Shown in pieces: positions 40,069-49,539 of a DNA stretch of 64,000 nt. A program made the position numbers and the translations under genes. This DNA is from Candidatus Buchananbacteria bacterium (GTDB lineage Bacteria; Patescibacteriota; Patescibacteriia; CAIXNZ01), in assembly GCA_014729025.1 (NCBI GenBank), contig WJKP01000011.1:6500-70499 (forward strand), written 5' to 3'. How positions within the stretch are numbered: the stretch's first letter is position 1; each line of letters opens with the position of its first letter. The notes under the pieces are model-generated. The model searched no databases. It was not told the origin of the DNA and saw nothing but the letters and a program-made list of their open reading frames with translations.

Positions 40069-42669
40069 ATGGGGAATTTTTCTATTCAATTAGGTGAGTC
40101 TATTGTTTTAGGTCCCGAAGCTTTAATTATCGGCGGCTTGGTTTTATTTTTTATTATTTTAGCCTTAGTTGTTTTATATTGGTTATCACAAAAAATAACC
40201 CGACGTATTTATAAAAATCTAACAAGTTTTAAACAAACCGTTTTATTGGTAATGGTGCCCAAATACGAAGTTAGTGAGAGCGGGGAGAAAACCGGTCAGC
40301 CCAAGAGTCAGCAGGAGTTAGCTGAACGGGTTGCGATTATGGAGACTTTTTTTGCCAATTTGGCTGGGCTAAAAGCGCAAAAAGGTTTTAAATCCTCATT
40401 TTTGGGCCGAACCGATCATATCTCATTTGAAATAGTTTTGCGAGACGGTTTGATTTATTTTTACGTGGTTGTGCCGGAAACTTTAAGGGATTTTATTGAA
40501 GAACAGATTACTGCCCAGTTTCCCAAAGCAGTAGTTGAAGAAGTGGAAGATTATAATATTTTTAATCCCAAAGGCACTGTTTTGGGGTCTATGCTTAAAT
40601 TTAAAAAAGAATATATTTATCCTATTAAAACATATAAGAAATTAGAAGCTGATTCCTTGAATTCTTTGACCAATACATTAAGTAAATTAGATGAAAATTC
40701 AGGCGCGGCTATTCAGGTGATTGTTCGTTCAGCTACCCCGGCCTGGCATAAATGGGGCCAGCAAGCAGCTTCAGCCGCTTATCAGGGGAAAAAGATTAGT
40801 CAAGCTGTCAGTGAATCAAGTCAAGGGTTTTCTCTTAAAAAAATATCTAATTTTTTTCAGGATTGGGTAGGTACCGGTGAGAAAAAAAATGAAAAGCAAG
40901 AACCGGAAAAACCATATCAATTATCAGAGATGGAAAGGGAAATCGTCAAAGGTATAGAGGAAAAAGCAGCCAAAGGCGGTTTGGATGTTAATATCAGAAT
41001 AGTTGTTTCTGCTGATAATGAGTCAAAGGCTAAATCGTATTTGGAAAATATTTTAAATAGTTTTAGTCAGTTTAATATTTATGAATATGGTAATGCGTTT
41101 GCTCGTTATTCTTTAAAAAAAGAAAAATTGATCAGTGATTTTATTTTCAGGGAATTTAATGAAAAAGCTAAAATGATTATGAATACCGAAGAAATTACTT
41201 CGGTTTATCATTTTCCTTTAGGGCATACTGAAACCCCTAATATTGTCTGGTTGCAGGCTCAAAATGCGGCTGCTCCGACCAATGTTCCCGTGGAAGGTTT
41301 ATATTTGGGTGATAATTTTTATCGGGGCCAAAAAACACCGATTAGAATTAAAAAAGAGGATAGACGTCGACATATGTATATTATTGGTATGACCGGTACT
41401 GGTAAATCTAAATGGATGGATATGCTGGCGATTCAGGATATTCATAACGGTGAAGGTATGTGTTATATTGATCCGCATGGTGATGATGTTGATTTTATTT
41501 TATCTTGCGTGCCAAAAGAAAGAGCTGAAGATGTGGTAGTTTTTGATCCCTCTGACTTTGAAAGACCTTTGGCTTTGAACATGTTGGAATATAATCCGGC
41601 ACATCCTGAACAAAAGATTTTTGCGGTCAATGAAATGCTGGCTATTTTTGATAAATTATATGATTTAAAAGCAACCGGCGGTCCAATGTTTGAGCAATAT
41701 ATGAGAAATGCTTTACTTTTGATTATGGATGACCCTGAATCAGGCTCGACTTTATTGGAAATTTCCAAAGTTTTGGCCGATGAAGAATTTAGAAATTATA
41801 AATTATCAAAATGTAAAACTCCTGTAGTCAAAGATTTTTGGGAAAAAGAAGCGCAAAAAGCTGGTGGTGAAGCGGCTTTGGCCAATATAGTGCCTTATAT
41901 TACTTCTAAATTAACTCCGTTTATTGCCAATGATTTGATGCGTCCGATAGTTTCTCAGCAAAAAAGTTCCTTGAATTTCCGGGAAGCTATGGATCAGCAG
42001 AAAATAATTTTGGTTAAATTAGCCAAAGGTAAAATCGGTGATATTAACGCCAACTTGCTAGGCATGATAATTATCGGTAAGATATTAATGGCAGCCTTGG
42101 GCCGGTCTGATACGCCGGAAAGTCAAAGAAAAGATTTTTATTTATATATTGATGAGTTTCAAAACTTTTTGACTGAAAGCATTAATGTTATTTTGGCTGA
42201 AGCTCGTAAATATCGTTTGTGTTTGACAATTGCACATCAATTTTTAGGCCAGCTGGTTTTGACTGGGGGTGATGAGAAAACCAAAAAAGCTATTTTTGGT
42301 AATGTTGGGACAAAAGCTTGTTTTCGTATCGGTGTAGAAGATGCCGAAGAAATGGCTAAAGAATTTGCACCGGTTTTTAATAGTTATGATTTAGTTAATA
42401 ATCCGGCGTTTAATGCTTTTATGAAATTAATGATTGATAATGCCAATCCGCCGGCTTTTAATATAAAAATTCCTTGGGTTGGTGATTTGTATCAATCAAA
42501 TGAAGAATTAAAAAAGGCGATTATTGAATTATCGCGTTTGAAGTATGGGCGTGACCGCAATGTAGTTGAAGCAGAAGTAATGGAAAGATCACAAATGGGT
42601 ACCAGTCGTAATATTATTAAAGAAGCCAAACAAACTGAAGATGAATCAGACGAAGATATGTTTTTTTAA
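40069..42669 (+). CDS. VirD4/TraG/TrwB-like (FtsK-HerA superfamily) membrane-anchored ATPase
   Basis: DRRRHMYIIGMTGTGKS, IDPHGD, LYIDEFQNF, EARKYRL, GNVGT. Confidence 0.85.
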   Translation: MGNFSIQLGESIVLGPEALIIGGLVLFFIILALVVLYWLSQKITRRIYKNLTSFKQTVLLVMVPKYEVSESGEKTGQPKSQQELAERVAIMETFFANLAGLKAQKGFKSSFLGRTDHISFEIVLRDGLIYFYVVVPETLRDFIEEQITAQFPKAVVEEVEDYNIFNPKGTVLGSMLKFKKEYIYPIKTYKKLEADSLNSLTNTLSKLDENSGAAIQVIVRSATPAWHKWGQQAASAAYQGKKISQAVSESSQGFSLKKISNFFQDWVGTGEKKNEKQEPEKPYQLSEMEREIVKGIEEKAAKGGLDVNIRIVVSADNESKAKSYLENILNSFSQFNIYEYGNAFARYSLKKEKLISDFIFREFNEKAKMIMNTEEITSVYHFPLGHTETPNIVWLQAQNAAAPTNVPVEGLYLGDNFYRGQKTPIRIKKEDRRRHMYIIGMTGTGKSKWMDMLAIQDIHNGEGMCYIDPHGDDVDFILSCVPKERAEDVVVFDPSDFERPLALNMLEYNPAHPEQKIFAVNEMLAIFDKLYDLKATGGPMFEQYMRNALLLIMDDPESGSTLLEISKVLADEEFRNYKLSKCKTPVVKDFWEKEAQKAGGEAALANIVPYITSKLTPFIANDLMRPIVSQQKSSLNFREAMDQQKIILVKLAKGKIGDINANLLGMIIIGKILMAALGRSDTPESQRKDFYLYIDEFQNFLTESINVILAEARKYRLCLTIAHQFLGQLVLTGGDEKTKKAIFGNVGTKACFRIGVEDAEEMAKEFAPVFNSYDLVNNPAFNAFMKLMIDNANPPAFNIKIPWVGDLYQSNEELKKAIIELSRLKYGRDRNVVEAEVMERSQMGTSRNIIKEAKQTEDESDEDMFF

Positions 42670-42700
42670 ATTTTTATAAAAATTAAAATAAACAAAAAAT

Positions 42701-43282
42701 ATGGAAAACAAAAATAAAAATGACAATATTAGTTTGTCACAAAGTAAATATTTATTGATTCAAAAGATTTTGAAAAATATCCATGATAATTTAGGTAAAG
42801 TGATTGATGTTTTGGAGCAAGGGCCGGAAGAAGTTGATGATTTTGAGCAAACATTAACCGGTATGTCTCAGCAATTGAAAAATGTTGAAGATGAATTGGC
42901 GCTGGCCGGTGAGGAGAGGGTTATTGAAGGTGTTTTTGACGGTGAAAAAATGATTGCCCAGGACGGGCAGGAATATACTGTGCCCGCCAATTATGCTTCA
43001 AAGTCAAAATTGGTTGAAGGTGATATTTTAAAGTTAACAATAACTAAACAGGGTGATTTTTTGTACAAACAAATCGGTCCTGTGCAGCGTAAAAAAGTTG
43101 TCGGCCAATTGATTTTAGCTGATGATGACAATTATTACGTTGTAGCTGATAAAAAGAAATGGAAACTATTACCGGCCAGCGTGACTTATTTTAAAGGTGA
43201 TATCGGTGATGAAGTGGTTATTTTGGTGCCAAAAGATGCACAAAGTAAATGGGCGGCAGTTGAGAATATTGTGAAGAAATAA
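42701..43282 (+). CDS. Conserved hypothetical protein
   Basis: IEGVFDGEKM...VPANYASKSKLVEGD, ASVTYFKG..GD, WAAVEN. Confidence 0.75.
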   Translation: MENKNKNDNISLSQSKYLLIQKILKNIHDNLGKVIDVLEQGPEEVDDFEQTLTGMSQQLKNVEDELALAGEERVIEGVFDGEKMIAQDGQEYTVPANYASKSKLVEGDILKLTITKQGDFLYKQIGPVQRKKVVGQLILADDDNYYVVADKKKWKLLPASVTYFKGDIGDEVVILVPKDAQSKWAAVENIVKK

Positions 43283-43302
43283 ATATAGAATGTTTAAATA
43301 CA

Positions 43303-43339
43303 GGCGGCTTGGCCTTTTTAGGCCGAGCCGCCCTTTAAT
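43303..43339 (+). terminator. GC-rich hairpin, probable terminator
   Basis: GGCGGCTTGGCCT-TTTT-AGGCCGAGCCGCC followed by CTTTAATTT. Confidence 0.7.
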
Positions 43340-43399
43340 TTGAACCTTAAATTTTTTAATAACTTGATTTTCTGAATCATTTCAATTAAAATAGACTAT

Positions 43400-45169
43400 A
43401 TGTCACTAACACTTTATCGTAAATATCGTCCGCAAACATGGGCTGACCTGACAGGGCAGAATCATATTAAAGTTACTTTGCAGCATGAAATTGAAAACAA
43501 CAAGGTTGCTCACGCTTATCTTTTTACTGGACCACGTGGAGTTGGTAAAACAACCACTGCCCGGCTTTTAGCCAAATCTTTAAATTGTCAGGATCGTAAA
43601 GACGGACAAAGCGAGCCTTGTAATAAATGCGAGTCTTGTTTGGAATTGGCTGGCGGTAATGATTTGGATATTTTGGAAGTTGACGCTGCTTCACATACCG
43701 GAGTTGATAATGTTAGGGAAAATATTATTGCTAATGCCAGGTTTACACCGGTTAAACGTAAATATAAAGTTTTTATTATCGATGAAGTTCATATGTTGTC
43801 AATTTCAGCTTTTAATGCGTTACTGAAAATATTGGAGGAACCGCCTGCTCATGCCATTTTTATTTTAGCCACAACCGAAGTTCATAAAGTGCCGGCAACT
43901 ATTATTTCCCGCTGTCAGCGGTTTGATTTTAAAAAAGTTAATGCTGATGATTTGATTAAACGTTTAACCTGGATTTGTCAGCAAGAAGACCTTAAAATCA
44001 GTAAAAAAGTTTTAAATAATATTGCCAGAGTCAGTGAAGGTTGTTTGCGTGATGCCGAAAGTTTATTGGGCCAGATTTTATCTTTAGGTGAAAAAGAAAT
44101 CAGTGAAGAAGAAGCCAGTTTAATTATCCCGGCGTCTAATTTTAATTTAATAGTTGAATTGATTGATAATTTGGTGTATAAAAATGCTGAAAAATCTATT
44201 AGTTTAATTAATAACCTGGTGACCGAAGGTTCTGATTTGGTGCAGTTTACTGATGAATTGATTGAATTTTTACGTAAAATGATTTTAAGTAAAATTACAT
44301 CAGGATTACAGGAATTTGCCACTGATTTAGATGATGAACAATCAAAAAAAATAATTGATTTAGCACAAAAATTTACGACCGAAGAATTAATTAAGTTGAT
44401 CAATCTTTTTACTGCTAAAAAATTTGAATTAAAAACAGCGGTTATTAGCCAGCTGCCTTTGGAAATTGCAATAATTGAATATTGCCAAGAAAAAAAATCA
44501 AATAATCAGTCTGATGATTCAGCCAACAGTGATAAGGGAACGGTTGGTCAAACTAAACCAGATATTGATAATAAACAATCTTTTGATGAGCCGCAACCAG
44601 TAAAATCTGAAATTTCGCTTGATTCGGGCCAAAATAATAATAATCAAGTCAATGATCCGCCCGATCAAGTTTTGGCGGATAAGTCGCAGGGGAATTTAAA
44701 AAATGGTGATAAAAGCACCATTTTAAAAAATGAAAATTTAGGTAAAACATCTAAAAAAGCGACTAAAGTAAAAATTAAGTTGTCAGAAATTAGACAAAAA
44801 TGGCATAGTTTTATTGTGGAAATGCAAAAACATAATGCTTCCTTAGTTTTTATTTTAAAAGTTGCAGAACCATTAGAACTAAACAATAATATTTTAAAAA
44901 TAGGTTTTCAGTATGAGTTTCATCAGCAACGGATTAACCAGCCCAAAGTTAGGGAATGTTTGGAAAATATTTTAGCTGATTTTTTTAAAGATAATTTAGT
45001 TGTTGAGACTTGTTTATTAGCTAAAGATTATCAAAGTGATTTTATTAAAGCTCAGACAGCTCAGGATGACGTTGAATTGGTTGATGAATTACCAACTGAA
45101 GAAGATCAGCAGCAAAAAGAATTAATTGACAACTTGGTTAAAACTTTTAATGGTAAAATAGTTGAATAA
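43400..45169 (+). CDS. dnaX: DNA polymerase III subunit gamma/tau
   Basis: LYRKYRP, GPRGVGKTT, zinc Cys cluster, DEVHML, SRCQRF. Confidence 0.98.
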   Translation: MSLTLYRKYRPQTWADLTGQNHIKVTLQHEIENNKVAHAYLFTGPRGVGKTTTARLLAKSLNCQDRKDGQSEPCNKCESCLELAGGNDLDILEVDAASHTGVDNVRENIIANARFTPVKRKYKVFIIDEVHMLSISAFNALLKILEEPPAHAIFILATTEVHKVPATIISRCQRFDFKKVNADDLIKRLTWICQQEDLKISKKVLNNIARVSEGCLRDAESLLGQILSLGEKEISEEEASLIIPASNFNLIVELIDNLVYKNAEKSISLINNLVTEGSDLVQFTDELIEFLRKMILSKITSGLQEFATDLDDEQSKKIIDLAQKFTTEELIKLINLFTAKKFELKTAVISQLPLEIAIIEYCQEKKSNNQSDDSANSDKGTVGQTKPDIDNKQSFDEPQPVKSEISLDSGQNNNNQVNDPPDQVLADKSQGNLKNGDKSTILKNENLGKTSKKATKVKIKLSEIRQKWHSFIVEMQKHNASLVFILKVAEPLELNNNILKIGFQYEFHQQRINQPKVRECLENILADFFKDNLVVETCLLAKDYQSDFIKAQTAQDDVELVDELPTEEDQQQKELIDNLVKTFNGKIVE

Positions 45170-45178
45170 TATTAGTAA

Positions 45179-45325
45179 TTAGGTATTAGTCACTAGGCAT
45201 TGGTAATTAGTAATTAGAAAATTTAAAATCCCGCCTCTGGCCTCGTATTTGGCAGCGGCGCGTTTCGCGGTTTTGGCTGCGTTCTCTTTTTTTCTCAGTC
45301 CTTTTGCGTTGCGATGCTTGGCCAT
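45179..45325 (-). CDS. Putative small basic protein (48 aa)
   Basis: AAGGAGG-8nt-ATG; MAKHRNAKGLRKKENAAKTAKRAAAKYEARGG... Confidence 0.4.
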   Translation of the reverse strand: MAKHRNAKGLRKKENAAKTAKRAAAKYEARGGILNFLITNYQCLVTNT

Positions 45326-45453
45326 GGCTAGTTCCTCCTTTTTTCTCGCTCTTGATTTTTTGAACACAATACGGTAATATATCAGATATTCGATTTTCGT
45401 AAAACTTAGAACTATGGCGGGCAGGCAAGTGGTATTTAAAATTTTTATATTCT

Positions 45454-45525
45454 TGGGGAGTAGCCAAGTGGTAAGGCACCAGGTTCTTCAGCCAAAGGCT
45501 GATCAGCCTCCGGCTGAGGTTCTGG
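45454..45525 (+). pseudogene. tRNA-Gln 5' fragment interrupted at the anticodon loop by a palindromic insertion
   Basis: TGGGGAG...CACCAGGTTCT + TCAGCCAAAGGCTGATCAGCCTCCGGCTG + AGGTTCTGG, then diverges. Confidence 0.85.
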
Positions 45526-45546
45526 CTTAAAATAAAAATTAGAATT

Positions 45547-45787
45547 ATGTTTAAAACGTACGTAATTAAGAGTTTAACTCATAATACTAGATATATTGGT
45601 TCTTGTGAGTATTTAAATAAGCGAATTAAAGAACATAATGATGGGAAGTGTAGATACAAAAAGTAGACGTCCATGGGAATTGATATATTTTGAAGAGTTT
45701 AAAACTAGAACTGAAGCAATGAAAAGAGAGGATTTTTTGAAATCTGGTCAAGGCAGAAAATGGTTGGATGAGAAATTCAAAAAATAA
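45547..45787 (+). pseudogene. Frameshifted GIY-YIG nuclease (small standalone type)
   Basis: MFKTYVIKS...RYIGS...KRIKEHNDGKCRY, then frame change near 45657 to KSRRPWELIYFEEFKTRTEAMKREDFLKSGQGR; not in the ORF track. Confidence 0.85.
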
Positions 45788-45791
45788 ATAA

Positions 45792-45841
45792 TGGGGAGTC
45801 GCCTCGCCTCCGCTAAAGTTATGGCGGGCAGGCAAGTGGTA
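45792..45841 (+). pseudogene. tRNA-Gln 5' fragment interrupted in the D arm by a palindromic insertion
   Basis: TGGGGAGTCGCC + TCGCCTCCGCTAAAGTTATGGCGGGCAGGC + AAGTGGTA. Confidence 0.8.
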
Positions 45842-45860
45842 TTTAAAATTTTTATATTCT

Positions 45861-45935
45861 TGGGGAGTCGCCAAGTGGTAAGGCACCAGGTTCTGGTCCT
45901 GGCATTCGCGGGTTCGAATCCTGCCTCCCCAGCCA
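45861..45935 (+). tRNA. tRNA-Gln (anticodon CTG), CCA encoded
   Basis: TGGGGAG/CTCCCCA acceptor, CCAGG-TTCTGGT-CCTGG anticodon arm, GGTTCGAATCC T loop, GCCA end. Confidence 0.95.
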
Positions 45936-45952
45936 CAAGAACTTTTTATCGA

Positions 45953-45976
45953 GGAAGACCCGAGTGGGTCTTTTTT
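45953..45976 (+). terminator. Terminator after tRNA-Gln
   Basis: AAGACCC-GAGT-GGGTCTT followed by a T-tract. Confidence 0.75.
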
Positions 45977-46033
45977 GATTTTTATTCAAATTGACTCTAA
46001 GCTATAATAAGGGTAAAATATAAGTAATTTAAG

Positions 46034-46061
46034 TAGCCCCAAAGGGGCCCCTTCGGGGCTA
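46034..46061. repeat. Double-hairpin palindromic element
   Basis: TAGCCCC-AAA-GGGG-CCCC-TTC-GGGGCTA. Confidence 0.75.
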
Positions 46062-46073
46062 AAATTAAAATTT

Positions 46074-46652
46074 ATGAAAAAATTAACTCTTTTATTCTGT
46101 GCTTTATTAATTACTGTAATTTTTAGTGGTTGTACTAAAAAAGTGGAGCAAACCGAAGAAGGGACAAAAATAACAGAAGATAAAATCGTTACTGATGATG
46201 TAAGTTATGTAACCGACGATACAGAGGTCACCATACGAAGAAATAAGGTTACGAAACAAGCTTCTATTGAAATGGTATATAAAATAGCTGATGAGGATGA
46301 GTATGATGATTTTATGGGTGAACAAATGACTATGGTTCCGTTTTTAGTTAATACATCTTGTTCATTATTCACTACAGCGATTTTTGACCCAGATGCTTTT
46401 GCTGAATGGGAAGAAGATGAACAAGCTCAAAAGGATGATCAAATGGATAGTTATTTGGAAGGCTATAATACAAATAAAATTACAATAAAATTTGTTGACG
46501 CTGAAACGAATGATAAAATTGCTAATTGTGAATCAACTAAAGCTGGATTAGAAAATATTAAATTTGATATATTCAAGGACTATAGCGATGTTTCATCTCT
46601 TTTTGGGATTAAAATCGGTGAATACGATGATGAAGAATCCTCTCAAGAATAA
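46074..46652 (+). CDS. Lipoprotein, hypothetical
   Basis: MKK plus hydrophobic stretch plus lipobox FSGC. Confidence 0.8.
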   Translation: MKKLTLLFCALLITVIFSGCTKKVEQTEEGTKITEDKIVTDDVSYVTDDTEVTIRRNKVTKQASIEMVYKIADEDEYDDFMGEQMTMVPFLVNTSCSLFTTAIFDPDAFAEWEEDEQAQKDDQMDSYLEGYNTNKITIKFVDAETNDKIANCESTKAGLENIKFDIFKDYSDVSSLFGIKIGEYDDEESSQE

Positions 46653-46671
46653 TTAGTTTAAATAATTTTTT

Positions 46672-49539
46672 ATGGATAAAAAGAAAATTATCTTAAATAC
46701 TCCTCAAGTTGAATTAGAACAAACTAAATTAAAAAAGAAACTTCAAGAATTAGTTAATAAATTCAAAGCCGAGGATGGTTGGTCAAAGTCTGAAGAGCAT
46801 ATTCAGACTAGTTTTACAGTTGAATTATTAAAAATACTGGGCTGGGATAGTTCTAACTGGATAATTAATACTGGGCAGGAAGTTAAAACAGGCAAAAAGC
46901 CAGATGTTATTATAAAATCAGATACAGGTGCAAAACTTTTAGTAATTGAATCAAAAGAAGCTTCTAATAAAGATAAATTGGATGGTTCTTATGGTAATAA
47001 AAAATTTACAGACCAACTGTTTAACTATTGCCATGGAGAAGGTTTGTCTTGGGGTGTCTTAACTAATTTTATTGAATGGCGTTTATACAGTGTTCACCAT
47101 GGTAGATTATACAAAGAACGAAAATACGCTTTCCATGAATTATTATGGAATAATGCTGAACAAAAATATTATATTGATTTATTATCAGAAGACGGAGTAA
47201 ATTTTTTAATGCAATTATCAAAATCAGAATTAACTAGAAAAAACGGAATTATTGATTCTGATCCTATTTATTATCCTGAGCAATTAGATCTTGAACAAGA
47301 TAAGATTAAAAAGGACTTTTTTAATAAAATCAAGGATTGGCGAGCTAGTTTGAAAAAATTTATTGCTAAAAATTATGCTAATTATGAAGTTGATAAAATA
47401 GATTTAATGGCTCAAAAGATAATCGACCGTATGATTTTTATTGACCTTTGCCATGACAAAAAAATATTAAGTTCAAATTATCTGGGTTCTGTTTTAGAAT
47501 CAAAACAATTAAAATATGAGGAGCTTAAGAATGTATTCAGTTCAATGGATGAAAAATTCAATACAGAACTTTTTGCTCATAATGATGCTGATGAACTAAA
47601 AATCAGTGATGACATTATTGTTAAAATTATCAAAGAGTTGGATGAGATTGATTTTAGTAAATTGAGTGTCCATATTATCGGTGAAGTTTATGAAAATTAC
47701 TTAGGTGAACTTTTACGTTCTAATGCCAGAAAAGAAGATACAATTAAACAAAAACAAAAATCCAAAAGGAAATCTCAAGGTATTTATTATACTCCAGCAT
47801 ATATTGTTGATTACATTGTTAAAAACACTGTTGGTGAATTATTAAAAAAATGCAAAACAGTTGAAGATATTGAAAAAGTAAAAGTATTAGACCCAGCATG
47901 CGGTTCAGGCTCATTTTTAATACGTGCCTTTGATGAATTTCATAACGCTTATTTGGAAAAACAAAAAGAAGGTGGCTTGTTTGGGTTTAATATTAGAAAA
48001 AAGATTTTACAAAAAAATCTTTTTGGTGTTGACCTTGATCCTAAGGCAATTGAAATTACAAAACTTAATTTAATGATTAAAGCCTTGGAAGGTGTTAACC
48101 CAAATGAATTAAAAGGAAAACATCTTTTACCGAATTTGAATTTAAACATTCGTTGTGGTAATTCATTGGTTGGTGGCGAGAAGCTTAAAGAAAAAGAGCA
48201 GAATCTTAATCTGTTTGATGATTATGAGACAGAAATCTCTAAATTAACGGAATTTAAAGAGAAATTTTATAAAGCCGAATTTAATGATGATAAGAAGCAA
48301 TTATTGGATGAAATTAATAAATTTGAAGCATTGATTAATGGAAAATTAAATGAGGGTCTGAAACAATATTTTAAAAATTTAGATAAAATAAAACCTTTTA
48401 ATTATTCAGTGGCTTTTTGTGAAATATTTAAAACTAGTGGTTTTGATGCTGTAATTGGTAATCCGCCGTATGGAGCAGAATTAAACCAAGATGAAAAGAA
48501 TTTTTATACTGAAAATTATAATATTGGCTCAACTGATACAGCTATTTTATTCATTAAAAATTCATATGACCTTATTAAGGATAATAGTAGATTTAGCTTT
48601 ATAGTTCCTAAAGCCTTTAGCTTCGCTTCTAACTATAAAAAAATCAGAAATTTTGTTTGGGATAATATTATTCAAATTATAGATTGCCGTAAAGTATGGA
48701 AAGAAGTTAAGTTAGAACAACTGGTCTTTGTTATCGATAAAAATAAAAAATCAACAAAATATTTATCCGCTAATTTTAAAAATCGACAATTAAATATTTT
48801 GGGAGAAATAAATAAAAAAGATGCAAAAGAATTTGGATTCTTTTTAAATAGTGTTACACCCGAAGAAGTTGAAATAGCTAAGAACATAAAAGATAATTCA
48901 ATAATGCTGAATGATATCGCAATTAATAGACGAGGCGCGATTTTACAAAAACATGTAACAGATAAAGGCGATTTGAAAGTTTTAGGCGGTGCCCAAATTC
49001 AAAAGTTTGGGGTAAGTGGGATTAAGGGGCAAATTGATAAGAATAAAATTAACTCAGATCAAGCTTATATCAAACCGAATTCCGTTCTAGCTCAAAATAT
49101 AGTTGCTCATATTGAAAATCCGAGTGATCATATAAAAATAATTGCTTGCGTTCCGGATAAAAATGACTTTATAATACTGGATACTATAAATCAAATAACC
49201 CTACAAAAAGAATATTTCCCTTATTTTGTTTGGGCAATATTAAATTCCAATTTATTAAACTGGTATGCTTATAGATTTATTTTTGGTAAGGCAATAAGGA
49301 CTATGCATTTTGATAACGCTGTTACGGCAAGATTGCCTATTCCTAAAGCAACTAAAGAACGACAAGAGGGTATTATTAAGAAAGCGAAAGAATTAATTAA
49401 ATTAAATAAGACTTCTGAATCACATGATAAAAATGCTGATAAGATAAGGGCAATTGATTATGAGATTGAAAAGGATTTGTGTAAGCTTTATGGTTTGAGA
49501 CTTGAAGATATTAATATTATAGAGAAAGTGAAAATATGA
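46672..49539 (+). CDS. Type IIG-like fused restriction endonuclease / N6-adenine methyltransferase
   Basis: N-terminal KPD...IESK nuclease and GVLTNF; GIYYTP, DPACGSGSF, GNPPY; C-terminal TRD-like region. Confidence 0.9.
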   Translation: MDKKKIILNTPQVELEQTKLKKKLQELVNKFKAEDGWSKSEEHIQTSFTVELLKILGWDSSNWIINTGQEVKTGKKPDVIIKSDTGAKLLVIESKEASNKDKLDGSYGNKKFTDQLFNYCHGEGLSWGVLTNFIEWRLYSVHHGRLYKERKYAFHELLWNNAEQKYYIDLLSEDGVNFLMQLSKSELTRKNGIIDSDPIYYPEQLDLEQDKIKKDFFNKIKDWRASLKKFIAKNYANYEVDKIDLMAQKIIDRMIFIDLCHDKKILSSNYLGSVLESKQLKYEELKNVFSSMDEKFNTELFAHNDADELKISDDIIVKIIKELDEIDFSKLSVHIIGEVYENYLGELLRSNARKEDTIKQKQKSKRKSQGIYYTPAYIVDYIVKNTVGELLKKCKTVEDIEKVKVLDPACGSGSFLIRAFDEFHNAYLEKQKEGGLFGFNIRKKILQKNLFGVDLDPKAIEITKLNLMIKALEGVNPNELKGKHLLPNLNLNIRCGNSLVGGEKLKEKEQNLNLFDDYETEISKLTEFKEKFYKAEFNDDKKQLLDEINKFEALINGKLNEGLKQYFKNLDKIKPFNYSVAFCEIFKTSGFDAVIGNPPYGAELNQDEKNFYTENYNIGSTDTAILFIKNSYDLIKDNSRFSFIVPKAFSFASNYKKIRNFVWDNIIQIIDCRKVWKEVKLEQLVFVIDKNKKSTKYLSANFKNRQLNILGEINKKDAKEFGFFLNSVTPEEVEIAKNIKDNSIMLNDIAINRRGAILQKHVTDKGDLKVLGGAQIQKFGVSGIKGQIDKNKINSDQAYIKPNSVLAQNIVAHIENPSDHIKIIACVPDKNDFIILDTINQITLQKEYFPYFVWAILNSNLLNWYAYRFIFGKAIRTMHFDNAVTARLPIPKATKERQEGIIKKAKELIKLNKTSESHDKNADKIRAIDYEIEKDLCKLYGLRLEDINIIEKVKI

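Larger units (their letters stand above)
45413..45894 (+). repeat. 75-bp direct repeat pair (45413-45487 and 45820-45894) containing the tRNA-Gln 5' half
   Basis: TATGGCGGGCAGGCAAGTGGTATTTAAAATTTTTATATTCTTGGGGAGT[A/C]GCCAAGTGGTAAGGCACCAGGTTCT, one mismatch. Confidence 0.95.

Noticed and set aside
40069-42669. Conjugative element
   Set aside because: Lone VirD4-like ATPase among housekeeping genes; no relaxase or other T4SS genes nearby.
44490-44497. A8 run in dnaX as a gamma/tau slippage site
   Set aside because: A-runs are frequent in this AT-rich DNA, and no stimulatory SD or hairpin is evident.
45454-45935. Intron-containing or split tRNA-Gln
   Set aside because: The downstream copy is complete on its own, the upstream copies are only 5' fragments, and no group I core structure is evident.
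45207-45994. ORFs 45207-45479, 45626-45886, 45748-45936 and 45791-45994
   Set aside because: They are translations of tRNA, repeat and GIY-YIG antisense sequence.
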